From assembly GCA_028534125.1 (NCBI GenBank), contig CM052817.1, positions 1,552,001 through 1,616,000 on the forward strand: 64,000 bases of DNA, written 5' to 3'. Origin of the DNA: Lama glama (taxonomy: Eukaryota). The first letter of the stretch is position 1. Each line of letters opens with the position of its first letter. A model generated the notes under the pieces. That model did not search any database and had not been told where the DNA came from. It saw only the letters and a list, made by a program, of their open reading frames with translations. This document shows positions 39,546-53,985 of this stretch, in pieces. The position numbers and the translations under genes were made by a program.

Positions 39546-42500
39546 GGGCACAGTCTGCTCTGTGCCCGCTGCCTGGGTGTGCCAACCTCCTGGCTTCACC
39601 AAAACCCCTGCTGAAAATGACAGCTCAAGAGCCCCCATGTCACCCAGTGCCCCAGAGGAGACCATCTCCCTCCACCCACAGTGCCCCACGTGCCCCTGGA
39701 TCTGGGGTCCCCTGTGCCCGCCTCACAGAGTGTGACCCTGAAAGAGGAGCAGGCCTCCACGGGCCCAGGGGGCCTCGGGCGTCAGGGCTGCTGGCTTTGT
39801 TTACTGTTTTGTATTGTTTTGCCCCGATGAGTGGGACCTTAGCTCATCAGAAGGTGGCGGCAGGCTGTGGGGTAGGCAGGGATCACGCTGGGATCAGGGG
39901 GCGCAGAAGGAGGGACTGTGCGCACAGGAGGTGGGGCTCACAGGCGGCACCGCAGTGGTCGCAGGACAACCTGTGCTGGGTCAGCTCCCAGAAGAGAGGC
40001 CCTGAGCTGCCCAGCAGGCCCCTTCCAGGCCCGGCACCCCTGTCCCCTTCCTCCTCACCATCCCCACAGCCCCCCACGGGGCTCCCGCGGTCCCGCTCAG
40101 CAGGGAGACTGCCACGAGGGGCAGGCAGGGTGCGGGAGGCTCAGTTGGGGCATGGGGGTTGGGGCCCCACCCCACTCACCCTTTCATGTCCCCCCTCCTC
40201 CAGGTGCCTTCGTTGACCCCCAGGAGGCTTTCGTCCAGAGAGGGCAGGGAAGACAGGTGACCTGTCATTAGACAGCAGGAGAGAGGAGGGAGCCATACAG
40301 GCATCTGGGGAAGGACCAAGTCGTCAAGGACCAGCAAGGGCAAGAACCTCGGCGGAGGCTGGGCGGGCTGGGGCTGGGCAAGCAGGAGAGGGCACGGAGC
40401 AGGGACTGGACAGGGTGAGCCTCCCAGCCTGGGTGCAGTGTCTTCCCTGAAGCGCTGTGCGAGCCGCGCCCACACGGCGGGGAGCGGGCCGCTCAGTCCT
40501 ACTCTTGCCCCTGGCTCCGCTGCAGCAAGATCTAAGGAAACCACCTGCTTGTCCTGCTCATGGAGCTCAAACCTGTGCACTGTAGACCCGGGAAAGCAGG
40601 AGAAGAAACGGAGATCGCCCAAATGGTGTATCTGAGCGGCGGGCAGCAACCGCCTGAGAGGCAGGCAGGAGACAGAGAACGCCAGGCCCGCCTGAGAGTC
40701 TGAAGCTGATGTGGGCGAGGCCGTGTTTGGCACCATTGGTGGTGTGAGCCGGAGGCGGCTTCTCAGCTCTGTCCCTGTGGCCCACTGTGTCCACATGACC
40801 TCTCTGACCTCGCACCCTCTCCACATCAGTGGGCGCGGGGCGGAGTGCAGGGGCTGTGGGCCGTGGGCATTGGAGACTCAGAAGCAGGGACACCCAGAGC
40901 CCTGAGAGCACAGGACCCCGGATACAGGCCCTGGGAGGACCCCCTGGCCAACCGACCTCTGGCCACGCTGCCTCGGAGCCCAAGGGCCCACCAACGGCCT
41001 CCCTGGAGAAACAACCTCTGACAGGCTGCCCACAGTCATTTCTTGACTGAGTGACTGAAATGCAAATCCTGCGGAGACCTATTTGGTGGTTCCTGGTGAG
41101 CGCAGGCACTTCAGGGCAGCTCGGCCCCTGGGCAGAGCTCAGGGGCATCTGACACCACAGAGGGGGCCCGGGCACAGCAGAGGAGACCTGGCTGGTGCCA
41201 GGCTGGCCAGTGCCAGGCTGGCCGGGGCCCTGTGTGGCGTCCCTCTGGGCTACCTCTTTCCTGAGACCACACTTGGCCCCAGGATGCCCTCAGCCCTCAG
41301 GGGTGGAAAGAGGCCATCCCGCGAGTGTCCACAAGGGGGTGATATGGCCCACAGCTTCTGGGGGCCAACCGGCTTGGGGATCAGAGCCTTAGGCGGGACT
41401 TGTCCGTGAGCAAGCCCTCCCCTGGCACCCGAGCTCTGGGGCCGGCGCCCCAGCTCCTGGCTGCTCCTGAGCACGTGGAATCTGCCCCCACTGCCCCATA
41501 GGCCTCTTCACCTCCCTCAACCACCTCGTTCGTCTCAAGTTCATCTCAGAGCAGAGACACCAGCCTGCTCTCCCTCGTGCGCCCATGCGCACTACAGGGA
41601 CGCTTCGACTTCAGTCCTGTTGGTCTGAAGTGTGGTTCAATCCAGAAGCATCCATGGCCCTAAAGAGATGTCCCGACCGTGTTAGGAAGCACGCCCTTGC
41701 ACACCGCCCCCCTGACGATGGTGCCCAGGCGGACGGGGAGGGGAGCCCAGGCGTCCCGCGGCTCTGGGGAAGAGGTCTCTGCCCTGGCGCCGGCCTTGGG
41801 TGCGCTGGTTAGCGCTGACTGGTTTCCGTGGTGATGGCCCTTGTCTTCCCGACGGCAGGCGTCCCCTGCCCTCCACCCCACTCTGCCTTCCTCTGCCCAT
41901 GCCCTCCCTACACAGGAGGGGTCTGCATGGCCATTCAGAGCCTGTGCTTCACGGCTAGACCACCCTCTGGGGGCCAGGACCAGAATTCCCTGGGCAAATG
42001 GCCCTGGGCTGCCCTTGTCCCCGGCTCTGTCACCCTGAGGGCAGATTGCGCCACTGGTGCATGCGGCCCTGGTGAGCTGCAGACAGAGCTCAGCAGTGAG
42101 AGGGTGTGGGCACCTCAGAGTGTATACCGGGGAGGCTGGAGACCTCGGAACAGGGGCCGCGGCCCACTCTCCGGCTTTGCTGGAGGTTCACGCCAAGAAC
42201 TCAGGGAAGCTCCAGACCACGAGCCCAGACCGTGAACCCAGAGCTGCCCTTCCAGGATGCTGCGAGGTGTATTTACCAGTGGACAAGGGGAGAGAGTTTC
42301 TGTGACACGGCTCAGAGCTTGATGTGTGGGTCTGAAATATCTGAACACATGGATCGTGGATCTCCCCTGGGCAAACTGGCTGGACGGGCACCACACTTCC
42401 CTCCCCTCAGTGTTCTCTCTCCTCCCACAGTCCATGACCTCTTACTTCCCTGACGCTCTGCTGCTGAGAGCATCCCGGCCACACTGTGGGACAGTCTTTG

Positions 42501-42789
42501 TCCCAAGTGCCCTTGCTTAGGTGAGGCTGGACTAAAGGGGAGAGAAAGGAGCGTGGCGATCACTCTCCAGGTGCTGGCAGGCCCAGGGCCACTGTTACTG
42601 CATGCTCTGGTTTTGGAGAGCTTTCTCCTTCCCTAGCAGGTAAGAGGGATGGCGGTGCCAGGACAGAGGCAGGTACGGTGAAGCAGGACCTCTAAGTAAG
42701 GACTTGCAGGGGATGAAGGAGCAGGAAATGCAGATTTCTGGGAAGAGCGTTCCAGGCAGAGGGAGCTACCATGGGAAAGCCCAGAGGCT

Positions 42790-43040
42790 CTACCTGCTGT
42801 TGCTGGCTTTCGGGATGCAAGGAGAGGCCACAGCCAAGGGTGGGGCAGCCTCTAGGCTCTGGGAAAGGCCAGGCAACGCTTTCTCCCCTCAGCCTCCAGA
42901 CGAATGCAGCCCCGCAGACACCTTGGTTTCAGCCCAGCGGGACCATGTCAGATTCCAGAACTGTGAAGGTAATAAATTTGTGTTGTTTTCAGTCACTGAG
43001 TTTGACGCAACTGTTACAGCAGGCACGGGAAACACATGCA
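42790..43040 (+). mobile_element. MaLR (MLT1-like) LTR 3' part
   Basis: ttctcccctcagcctccaga...cagccccgcagacaccttggtttcagccc...aataaatttgtgttgttt. Confidence 0.65.
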
Positions 43041-44343
43041 GACTAGAGGGCGGTGAGACAGAAAGTGGAGGAGGCCCTGGGGTCATGGGCCTGAGCAAGG
43101 GGTAGGCCCGGGACGGGGGAGTGGGGTGTGGGGCAGCCACCTTGGCAGCCAGCTCACTGCGGGAGGCCCTCAGCAAAACGAATGGAGGTTTAGGTGCTCA
43201 GTAAATGTGTGTGGTATGCACTTGTGAACAGATGACTTGATGAGGCTGAGCTGGGACCCCAGTGGGGGGTGTGGGGCCAGGAGAGGATCTGGACCCTTGC
43301 CAGTCCCTAGAGCTCAGGCAGGCTCCAGTGGCCCCTGCAGGAATGTCCTGTCCAGCCTGCATGATAGCACCCCTGTCCCCCCACCCCAGCTCTAGGGGAG
43401 TGGCCAAGTGGAGGTGTGGCTTGCTCCCTCCTGTCGCCTTCCTCCCAGGCCTCCTCCTAACCTGCTCCTGCCCACCGAGAGCCCCTCTGGGAACACCATT
43501 ATTCTCCATCTTGCTCCATTTCCCAGACATATTTAGTGCTAAGGCTTCTTGCCAGGCCCTCTAGCCCTGGAGAGGATTCAAGGAGGTTCTAAGCCTTCCT
43601 ATAGGAAAGAGAGGTCTGCCCTGGACCAAGAAGCCAACTCTTGGGACCCTCAGTCTGCTTTTCCAGCCCTGGAAGTAGGAGTCTTCTAAAGGGGTCAGCA
43701 AGGCAGGGCTCTCCCAGCCAGGGTCCCCAGGGCCAGGAGAAGGAGAGAGGACCCCAGTGGGGGTACCTGCAGGCTGGGCAATTTTGGCAACCTCCAGTGG
43801 TGGTGAGTATGGAGCATGGCAGCTGAGGATGGGCAGGGCAGGAAACCAGTGCAGCCCGGGGCGGGGGGCTTGACAAATCTCTCCCCTCTCTGGCCTCAGT
43901 GTTTGCATCTGTTCAATGGAGAGTAGCCGTGTGCAGCTGCTTTTATCATTTATGAAACACATTTGCGTCAAGTGCCCACAGTGTGGCTAGTGGTCTCTGC
44001 TCCCAGAAAGGCCATTTCATATCGATGAAGGTGGTGTGCCCGTAAGCTGGAGGTGACTTCACTTGTGAGGGTGATGCCCACCAGAGCCCCCAGCCTCATG
44101 GTCCCTGGGCTACATGGTGATGGTGGTTCTTGGGTCTTTGGTGCCTCCTTCTTTATTGGAGCCACTTTCCTCCTCCCAGGAGCCACCCACTCACACACAC
44201 AGGGGAGTAACTCTATTTCATAACCAGACAGAACCTCCTTCTTGGCTATCAGTGAGGGTGTTGGCTGATATTTGAGGTGTCAGCTGATAGCCAAGCTGTT
44301 ACCTGTCAACTCAGGTGTTGAGTGACGGCATAAGTGTTATCTG

Positions 44344-45508
44344 GAAGAACATAGGCAAAACATTCTCTAACATAAATTGCAACAATATTCTCCTACCAGT
44401 CTACCAAGGCAATAGAAATAAAAGCAAAAATAAACAAATGGGACTTAATCAAACTTACAAGCTTTTGCAGAGCAAAAGAAACCATAAGCAAAATGAAAAG
44501 ACAACCTATGGAACGGGAGGAAAATATTTGCAAACGATGCAGCTGACAAGGGCTTAACTTCCGGAATATACAAACAGCTCATACAACTCAATAACAAAAA
44601 ACAAACATCTCAATCAAAAAATGGACAGAAGACCTAGACAGACATTTCTCCAAAGAAGACATACAGATGGCCAATAGGCACATGAAAAGATGCTCAGTCT
44701 CACTAATTATCAGAGAAATGCAAATCAAAACTACAATGAGGTATCACCTCACTCCCATCAGACTAGCCATCATTAAAATGTCCACAAACTATAAATGCTG
44801 GAGAGGATGTGGAGAAAAGGGAACCTTCCTACTCTGTTGGTGGGAATGTACATTGGCGCAGCCACTGTGGAAACAGTATGGAGGGTCCTTAAAAAACTAA
44901 AAATAGATTTACCATATGATCCAGCAATCCAACTCCTGGGCATATATCCAGAGAAAACTCTAATTTGAAAAGATATATACACCCCAATGTTCATAGCAGC
45001 ACTATTTATAGCCAAGACATGGAAGCAAGCTAAGTGTACATTAACAGATGACTGGATAAAGAAGTTGTAGTATACACACACAGACACACACAGAGAGGAA
45101 TACTACTCAGCCATAAAAAAGAATGAAATAATGCCATTTGCAGCAACATGGATGGACCTAGAGTTTATCATACTAAATCAGAGAAAGACAAATATTGTAT
45201 GGTATCATTTAAATGTGGAATCTAAAAAAAAAAGACACAATTGAACTTATTTACAAAATAGAAACAGGCTCACAGACACAGAAAACAAACTTATGGTTAC
45301 CAAAGGGGAAGGGAGGAGGGAAAAATTAGGAGTTTGGGATTAGCAGATATAAACTACCGTATACAAAATAAACAGCACAGGGAACTACATTCAATATCTT
45401 GCAGTAATCTATAATGGAAAAGAATATATATGTGTATAACTGAATCACTCTGCTGTAGACCAGAAACTAACACATTATGAATCAGCTATACTTCAATGAA
45501 AAAAAAAA
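44344..45508 (+). mobile_element. 5'-truncated LINE-1 (ORF2 C-terminus, 3'UTR, poly(A))
   Basis: ORF 44667-44900 contains [19 protein letters not shown]-tail; imperfect TSD aagtgttatctg / aagttattatctg. Confidence 0.92.
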
Positions 45509-46249
45509 GTATTATCTGCGAGTTAAGACGTTTGATGTCAAAGCTTAAGGCTGATTGGAGTTATTTTTAGCAAAGAGGTTTTTCAGCAGAGACTGCCAAG
45601 GGCAAACAAGCCCAGGAGGGCAGCTTCTAGCGTGGTGAGTCAGGTCACAGCCTGCTGGGCGCCTCAGGTGTTTGCTGGCACTCCCGGGATGCTCCTCCCT
45701 GGGTGCAAAGTCCCTTCGTGTGGGAAAAGCCCAGGAAAATGCAGTCCTCACTGAGCATGTGGGAAGTTAGGGCTCAGAGGGAGAGACTAACTCCAGCCTT
45801 GGTGGCCCGGGATAGAGGCAGGACCCCCCTGTGTCCCCATGACCCCAGCGCCTCACACTCCTCTCTAAAAGACTCAGAACTGATGGCCCCGGAGGCCTCT
45901 AGAAGTGTGAGTGAAGTGGAGCTAAAATAAGCAGGGCTGGCTGGAAACATAGCAGAGAACCAGGTCCTCCCCCAGCCCCCACCCACAGCTGGGCATCTGG
46001 ACCTCCCCCACCAGGTCACACACTGCAGGCATCTTGCCTAGCTTCTCTGGACTGGGGACATCAGGCCTGGAGCAGGTTGGGGGTCCAGTCCACATTTACA
46101 TAATGCTGAGTCCCTAGCCATATCCCACCCACCCACGCTGGAACCGTGGAGACTGGGTCTCCCCTCCGGGTAGAATATGGGAGAATCTGATCAGCAAGGA
46201 GACCCTAAAGGCTGTTTCCTGCCAATCACTGCATGGTAAAGCTCACAGT

Positions 46250-48030
46250 CAGCAAGCCTTGCTCACAAGTTCCACTCTCCAGGCTGAGCAGCCAGCCAGG
46301 AGGACCAGACGTCTGAGGGACCCCTGTAATGTGGAAGACTGAAGCAAAACAAACAGGAAAAGGGCAACTGGGAGGAAACAGATGACTTAGAAAAACCCTC
46401 ATTAACATCCTCAGGAAGAAAAAGGAAAATGTATTCATGAAACAAGAACTGGGCACTATAAAGAAGGAATGCTTACAGACTAGAAGGAGCTCCTGGAAAT
46501 TAAACATATAATCATGGAAATAGAACACTCAGTAGAAGGGTTAGAAGATAAGATTGTGGAAATCTCGCAGAAAGTAGAGGAAAAAGTTGGGGAAGTTGAA
46601 AATAAGGGAGAAAAAGGAGAGGAAAGTATTAGAGAACAGATCTAGGAGATCTGATATCTACATAGCAGGAGTTCTAGAAAGAGAATAGGAGGGCAGAAAA
46701 TAGTCGAAGAAATTTCGAAAGTTTCACAGAAATTAAACCTGAGTTTCCAGATTGAAAGGATCCACTGAACACTCAGGTCCAAGCATGAAAATAGATGCAC
46801 ATCAAAAGGGAATTTCAGAATACTAGAGACAAAGAGACAAGAGAAGATCCCAGAAGCGTCCAGAGAGAAAAAGCAGGTGACATACAAATGACTAGGATCA
46901 GACTGGATTCAGACTTCTCGAAGCTGGGAGACAACGGACAAAATCTCTCAGTTCTGAAGTTAAATGCTTTCCAAGCCAGAACTCGATGCTCAGCCAAACT
47001 GAGAGAGGTGATGAGGCAGGCTCACGGACCCTGGCTGATTAACAACAAGGGAACGAAAGCGCCAGCCTGTTAAAAAAAAAAAGATTGTTTCTCATATCCC
47101 ACGGCTGGCTCCGTGGGTCCAAGGTCAAAGCCCTACAAGTGGAGGTTCTGTGTTCTACACCTGCTCCATCTATCCCAAGGACATATTCGAATCTCTTTCT
47201 CTGTTCTCTTTTCCCACCCAGGTTTCAGTTTTAGGGCTGAACTCCACGAGAGGAGAGAGCCAATAACAGAAGGTGATTGGACTACCGGTGGGCTTTCCAA
47301 TTTGGGGTCCTTTTGTCCACTAACAAAACTGTGAATCAAGAGTGAGGGTAAAGGAAAGATATTTTCAGAATGATAAGGCCTCAAAAAATTTACGTGCCTG
47401 CACCCTTTCTCAGGAAGCTACTTGGTATGCTCCACCAAACAGAGGGAGGAAAGCAAGAAAGAGGAAGTCGTGGGATGCAGGAAGCAGGGGATCCAGCCGC
47501 GAAGAGGACGTCGGGGACTTCAGGGTGCTGGTGAGGCAGGTCCCAGCATGCAGGCTGTGCCCAGCTTAGAACTGAGTCTATTTCGAGGTGATACACCTGA
47601 GACACTGGGTGACTTGGGGCAGATATGGACACTTGGCAGAATTTGGAGTTGAGCTAGAAATGAGAATGAAGCAAAATTAAAATATGACACCTAACTCCAG
47701 GGAAAACGAGAAGTTGAGCAAGAAAGGAAAAGTTGCCATGCTGCGTACATTATGCGGCTCAGACACGAACAGAGTCCGTGTCAGATCATAATGATGTCAA
47801 CATGACTGTTGATCAAAACAAGACGCTGGTAGGATGATACTGGAGGTCAGGAAGTTGCAGTCTAAGCATGTGGTTTGGGGATACAGAGGTGAAACCAAAA
47901 GACTGAGTTAAAAGTTGCGATGGAAAATGAGGTGCAGGGGACTGTGGTGTTTTGTGAGAAGCCTTGTAAAACTCACTGTTTAAATTACATGCATGCATAA
48001 CTCGGATAATGAGTAGAAACTAAATTAAAA
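46250..48030 (+). mobile_element. Ancient, highly decayed L1 ORF1-like (L1ME/HAL1-type) sequence
   Basis: A-rich purine-biased strand with ORF1-like motifs (tcagtagaagggttagaagataag, ccagattgaaagg, ccctttctcaggaagctacttgg). No intact ORF. Confidence 0.55.
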
Positions 48031-48832
48031 ACACACACTATTGAGTTACACGCCCAGTTTTACCTTGTTGGTAAACCGGTGGAATGTGAACTTGTGCCTC
48101 AGGATCAACTCATTTTTGTGCCGCCCTGGAAAGAGTAAATATAGATTCTCCTTATAACAGGCAAATACATGCAGGTGTAGGGACAAAGTGCCGCTTTTAC
48201 TTGCTGTTGGATACTGGGGTGCCACGTGAAAGCTTTATCTTTAAAAAGCAAAAGATGCTACCTCATTGTTCTCATTTGTGTCTAATTAGTTACTAGGGAG
48301 ATAGAACGTGTTTAAACTTGTCTTATTGGTCACGTAAAGTTAGTTCTTTCTCATGAATTGCTGTTTGTGTCCATTTTCAACTAAAGGTAGAAACTTGTAA
48401 ATAATTTGTGAAAATGCTTTTTGTGTTGACCCCTTGTTGCTTCACGCGTTTTGCACATATTCCTTCCCAGGTCGTCGGCTTCCTTCCAATTCTGTTTATG
48501 GTGTCCTGACACTCACCTTTTGGGGGCTACTTCTATGTGGCCGTATCTACTGGCTCTTTCCTCTACCTACTCAAAAGCTGGTCATTTTACCTTTGGTTTC
48601 GCACCCAGAAAGCCTGCCTCATCTCCACAGGACACAAGCGTCTACATTTTCTTTTTATGTTCTGTTTTTGTGTGTGTGTGTGTTGTTTTTCACATTCCAA
48701 GTCTTTGATCTGGCTGAAACTTACTTCGGCGTGAAATGGGAGGCAGGGTCTTTTTCTCCGTCTAATGATTAGCCAGGCATTCACGGCATTCTTGGCCAAC
48801 CATTTACAAATATTTACAAACCAGTCGAGGCT

Positions 48833-48938
48833 AGGAGGGTATGGCTCTGTGGTAGAGTGTATGCAGGCACGTTCCATCCCCAGTCCTCCGTTAAAGAAAG
48901 AAAAGCAAGAAACCTAATTACCTCCCCCACCAAAAAAA
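48833..48938 (+). mobile_element. Degenerate, internally deleted Vic-1-like SINE
   Basis: gggtatggctctgtggtagagtgtatgc...ttccatccccagt...aaacctaattacctcccccaccaaaaaa matches the tail of the 34392 copy. Confidence 0.65.
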
Positions 48939-51900
48939 TTGAAGGAAAAACGAGTTGAGGTAAGCAGACATGACTTTGCTCTTAAGTTTTTGCAGTATGA
49001 AGCAGAAAGAGAAAGAAGGCAACTTTGTGTTTCCGTGTGATTCTGTGGGAGCTGCACACAGGCCCTGCTGCCAGACTTCCTGGGCAAAGAACCCAGCCCC
49101 GCCAAGAGAGGTTCACTTCTCGGCCCCAGGGGAGGCCGTGGGTGCGCCCCCCAGAACTGGGCCCCAGGCCTCCAGAGAGCCTCCCCCTCCCCCTGGCCTT
49201 CCTCACGGGCTGATCCCAGCTCCCTGGTGAGACAGAAACCTCTCTGCTCTTGGCATCCTTGTCAGGCAGACTCTGCCCCTTCCCCAAGACACCCAAGGTC
49301 TCCTCCCCTTCAATCCCATAGCCAGCCCTGAGCGGGTAACTGCTTGGTTCACTGAGGGGGTGCCCTGTTCATCTTCTCCCAGCCCCGCCCACTGTCAGGA
49401 AGGGCTTGCCGGCAGGGGGCTCAGAAGCAGGGCGTGCTGGACCTGAGCCATTCTGATCTCCCATGGTGGGCGCCACTCTGAGTCCTGAGCCAGGGACACT
49501 CAGCCTGGGTGGGGATGCGAGCACAGGAGGTCATCATGGGGTCAGGGTGCAATTCATGAGTTGGACTGATGGGCCAGAGGAGGGTACATTTGATTGGGAG
49601 GTGACCCCAGGCAGCAGCAGGGGGTCTTCATGTGGCCCATCATGGTTTTGGGGACCCACCAGAGTGGAATCAAGGCCAAGACCACACTTGAGGATGGATC
49701 AGTGGAAGTGGGAAGGGAGTGGTTCCTTGGGGCCCTGCTCTGGCCAGGCTGCCAAAGATCTGACAAGACCCAGAACCTGAGAGAGGCCTGGCAAGGCGCG
49801 GAGTTCTGGGAGCCTAGTGGGGCGATCCCGCGTTCACTCCTGCTGAGGCGGCCCGGCCTTGCCGGGGTGGGGTAGGCCTGAGGGAGCCGAGTCCCTCCTG
49901 GGGGGGGGTCCCTTCTCCTCCGGGGAGTCTCCTAGGCTTAACCTCATTCCTCCCACCTCTGGTCCAGGAGGGCTTCACAACTGCACAGGCCACCTCACCC
50001 CCTCTGGTCTCATGCACCTCATCTCAGTGTCCAGCGCTGGCCAGGGACGAGCCCACTGCCCCCAGACCCTGGGCTGGGATGGTGGTTGGGGCCCCCCTGG
50101 GGGTGATGTGAGGCCTTCACCTCCCAAGCCCAGAACCTTCCTGGAGGTCACATGGCCTACAGGGGACAGGGGCTGCCAGGAGGGAGAGTGTGGGAGGGAG
50201 GAGGGTGGAGAAGGCTCCGTGTGTACAAACGCCCACCTCCTCCACACTAGCAGGGCGGAAGCAGGACTCAGAATAGAATGGGTCTCTTTCAAGTTCCAAA
50301 TTGGGCTCCGGGGGCTGAGGGCAGGCAAGTTTGGATATAAAAATAGAAACATGGTGTCTGCGTGGGCCCGTGCCCTCCACCTGCGGGGGCTGGTGTTTTA
50401 AATAGAATTTCCCAGTGGGGCCTGCCTGACACCATCATGCAGAAAATTTACCCAAACAAACCTCTCAGAGCTTGAAGGCAGCAACTGATGCAGGCTGGGG
50501 TGCTGATGAGGCCGGCGTCAGGGTGCAGTCCACCGGGCGAGAGGGCACTGGCTGGCCCTTGAGTTGGCCCTACAGCCCACGACTCCATTTTCCTCCTGCC
50601 CAGGCCTTGGCACAGGCTGTGTCCCTCCCAGGTGGTCAGGGCCCGCTCAGGCCCAGCGTCCCAGAGAGGTGCCTCTGATTACGTCTGCCTGCACGCTCCA
50701 GCTGGCCTGCACTCAGGCCAGGCTTGCATGGGGCAGGAGGTGCTGAAAGCGGGCAATGTGGCCAGAGGCCCACAGATGGGGGCCGCCCTCTGAGGAACAG
50801 CCTCTAGGCAGGGCTCTGTCCTGGGACCCAGAACTGATGGCCAGGACCCTGTCCCCAGGAGCCCAGATTGAGGTGGGGCATGAGGAAGTCCAGCGAGTCC
50901 TGTGCCGCGTGGTGGCTGAGGCTCGGATGCAGGTGAGCGTCTGGGCAGTCGTGTTGGGGGGCTGGGAGGCCTCATGGGGTAGTGATCCTGAGTTGGCTGT
51001 CCTGGGAGGGATGCAAGAAGGCCGGGCAGAGGGGAAGCCAGCTGCAGGCGCTCTGGCTTGGAATCTGGACCAGACTCTCCAAAGCTAGCCCAGCACACAG
51101 GCGTCCTGGCAGCCACCCTCCCCTGCCTACTCTGGCCCTGGCGCTCAGTCTGCTGCTCTCCCCTGGGTTCCAGCAACTGGAAGAACACCCCCAGCTCCCA
51201 CCCAGGCAAGGCGCCACAAGAGAGCACTGGGGCCAGGCCTGGGGCTCTGGACTGGCCGGAGCCCAAGACGGACAGCTCCTGCCCCGCCTGTCCTCTTTAC
51301 CACAGCACACACTGTTAGTCCCCTGGAAGAGGTCCCAGCCCCAGGTCCCCACTCCATCGGCCCCACTGGCCACCTGGCTGCTCCTCCAGGGCCAGGCGCC
51401 GCCCGCTGAGGGCCTTGGTGCTCACTGCCCCTCCTCCTGGGTCCCTCCCACCCCGGATTTGTGTGCGGCCCACCTCCTCACTTCCCTTGGCCTCTGTTTC
51501 AGCATCACTCTTGACACAGTCCTCTCCTCACTCCTCTGCTCGAAGCTGTCCACCGTCCTCGTGCTCCCTCCCTCCCCTGCCCGCCTTTCAACCCCTATGT
51601 CTTTGTATTTGTTATGGTCGGACTCCCCCTGTTCTGTCATCTCACAAGGCCAGAACCACACTTGCCGAGTCACTGTGCCTTCCTGGCACAGAGTAGATGC
51701 GCAGTGAGTGGTTGAGGAAGGACTAGGCAAAGGCCTTAAGGGGCGGCCCAAGGGAAGGGGCAGGTATAGGCAGAGCTGCCCACCTGGGTCCCACGTCCAG
51801 AGGACCCTGGAAGCTTCAATCTTCTCATCCATCCAACAACCCCAGGAGTGGCCCCGTGGTCTTACCAAGCACCTCCTCACCAGGCTGCCTTGGGGAGGGG

Positions 51901-53985
51901 AGAGCTCAGAGAGGGGAGAGAGGGACTGCACAGGCGTGTGCCCGTGGGGAGGACTCGGGTCCAGAGTGGACAAGTGACATGTTGGGATTGGGTCCCTCTC
52001 ATGTGACCAAGGACCCTGCCAGGCAAGGACAGGAGCCAGAGAGCAGATAGGGGAGGATGGGGCAGGGAGGGTCCTGGAAGGGCAGAGTCCCAGGTGAACT
52101 TCAGAGCCACTGGGGCTTCCAGACAGAGATGCAGGCGAGAGGCCCCTCAGCAAGAGTGGCCCTGCGGTTGCCGCCCAGACGCCGAAGGCTGGGAAATGAG
52201 GTGCTGACTTGCAGACGTGTTAAGCCTGTGATGTTAGGGACATCCACGGAGAGCTGGTAAGGGGGCCACGGATCGTGAGCCTGACACGGGCAGCGCAGAA
52301 GCCGTTGGTGACTAAGGGCGTGGTCAGGGCTCATGCAGGTGCTGCTTAAAGCCTGAGTCTTTTGGGCGAGCTGCACAGGTCCTGCCTCCACCCCCAGACT
52401 GCAGCTGCCTCTGGATGTTCTGGGCCCTGGCGCAGCCACCAAATCAGCAGCCATGGCTACCCTAGTGGTAGGCGTGGCAGGGGGACTGGTTCTGGAGTGG
52501 AGATGAGGTGTCACCTGTGTGCCTTTAGCATGGGGATGCTCTGTAGAGGCTCTCCACCTGCTCCCTGGTCAGCCAGGGTGCCTTGCCTCACCTCTGCTCA
52601 CCTGCAGCACTGGGCCTGCCTGCACACCCTCTCCAGAGGTGAGACCCTCCTCACTGCCAGCTCCAAGGGGAACCCTGGTTGCCTGGCTCCTTTGGCCTCT
52701 GCCTCCTGTAGGTCCTGGCTTGAGAGGCTGCTCTGAGCTGCCCTGAGGCCCTAACCAGGGTCCCCTCTGCCCTCCCTCACAGCTGGGGCTGGGCCGGGGA
52801 CCAAGGACAGGAACAATGCAATGTGAGTGGTCGGATTCTCTCCAAAGTGGAGGCTGCATCTTACTCCCTGTTTGGAGGCAGATTTGCATTCCTGGAGGTT
52901 AATTCTCTGGGGCACCTGGTCTTCAGTGATCCCGATGACCAGGCCTTTCTGTCCTGGTCTGCCCTCTGCCTCCTCAGAGCTTAGCATCTGAAGCCAGCCC
53001 CTGCCTGCCCTGCCCCATGGTTCATGCTCCAGCCGGAGGCACCGATGTCTGGCTTTGTTCGTCTCTGTTCCTGGTCTCTGTCCCCTTCCCCAACCATCCA
53101 CCTGCTAAGAGGTCACTCATGGTGACACTTTGTGCACCTGCTTCCTCCCATGGGCTGCAGTGGGAGGTGGTTCCCTGAATCATCTCGGGGGGCCCAGGGT
53201 CCTGGCGCAGGGGCTGCCAAACCAGGCATCAGGGAGCACGTGTGTCCAGCCTTGAGGTAGTGAGCACACAGTCAGGGCCTCGGCTCGGCCATGCCAACAC
53301 TGAGCCTCTTTCACATGGAGCCCTGTTCCAGAGTGAGGTGACCTCCTGGGGTGCTAATGGTGGCTGAACCCGGCCGGCCACTTCCATGACAGCCTCTGTG
53401 GCAGGGCAGATTTCAGGATCTCTGGGGTTCAAGTCCACCCCCGAGAGCTGGGCTGCACTGAGGATGGGTGGAGTCACAGAGCGAGGGTGGCCCTGGTCCA
53501 GGCGTGGTGAGGGTCAGCCAACCCTGGTGGCTAAAGGGCTGGGGTGCTGGGCTCCCTCCTTTTTCTCATCCTGTCAGACTTCTCCTGCCACTTCTCCAGC
53601 AGATGCCCCCCCTAGTTTTACAGAAGGGGGAACTGAGACCCTGCTGGCTAAATACCCTCCCATAGCCTCGCCTGCATCTGACCGCCCACCCCTCCCCTGG
53701 CTTTGCCCCTTCCTCTCCAGTGGTCCTGCCTTGGTCCTGTCTCTTCCCAGTGGACATGGGCACCCCCCAGCCACTTGATTCTGGCCTTTCCCACCTACAC
53801 CGCCCACCTAGTTAGCGTCTCTGCCCCCCAGTGTGCTGCTGATGGGTAGCTCTGGGACAGATGGACAGTGACATGGCCCAAGTTCTCTCCAGCTGCAACT
53901 CTGGGCATCCCCATAGCCTGGGGCTGCCTCCTCAGGGACCTTGGCCTCAGAATAACCCAAATCCAGCGGCTGGAAACCCCCTACT

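Noticed and set aside
40176..41175. Intergenic 200-aa ORFs (also 50982-52153 and 56548-57168)
   Set aside because: GC-rich context with ORFs open in several frames and no family motif I recognise. A BLASTP or PhyloCSF check would be needed to reconsider.
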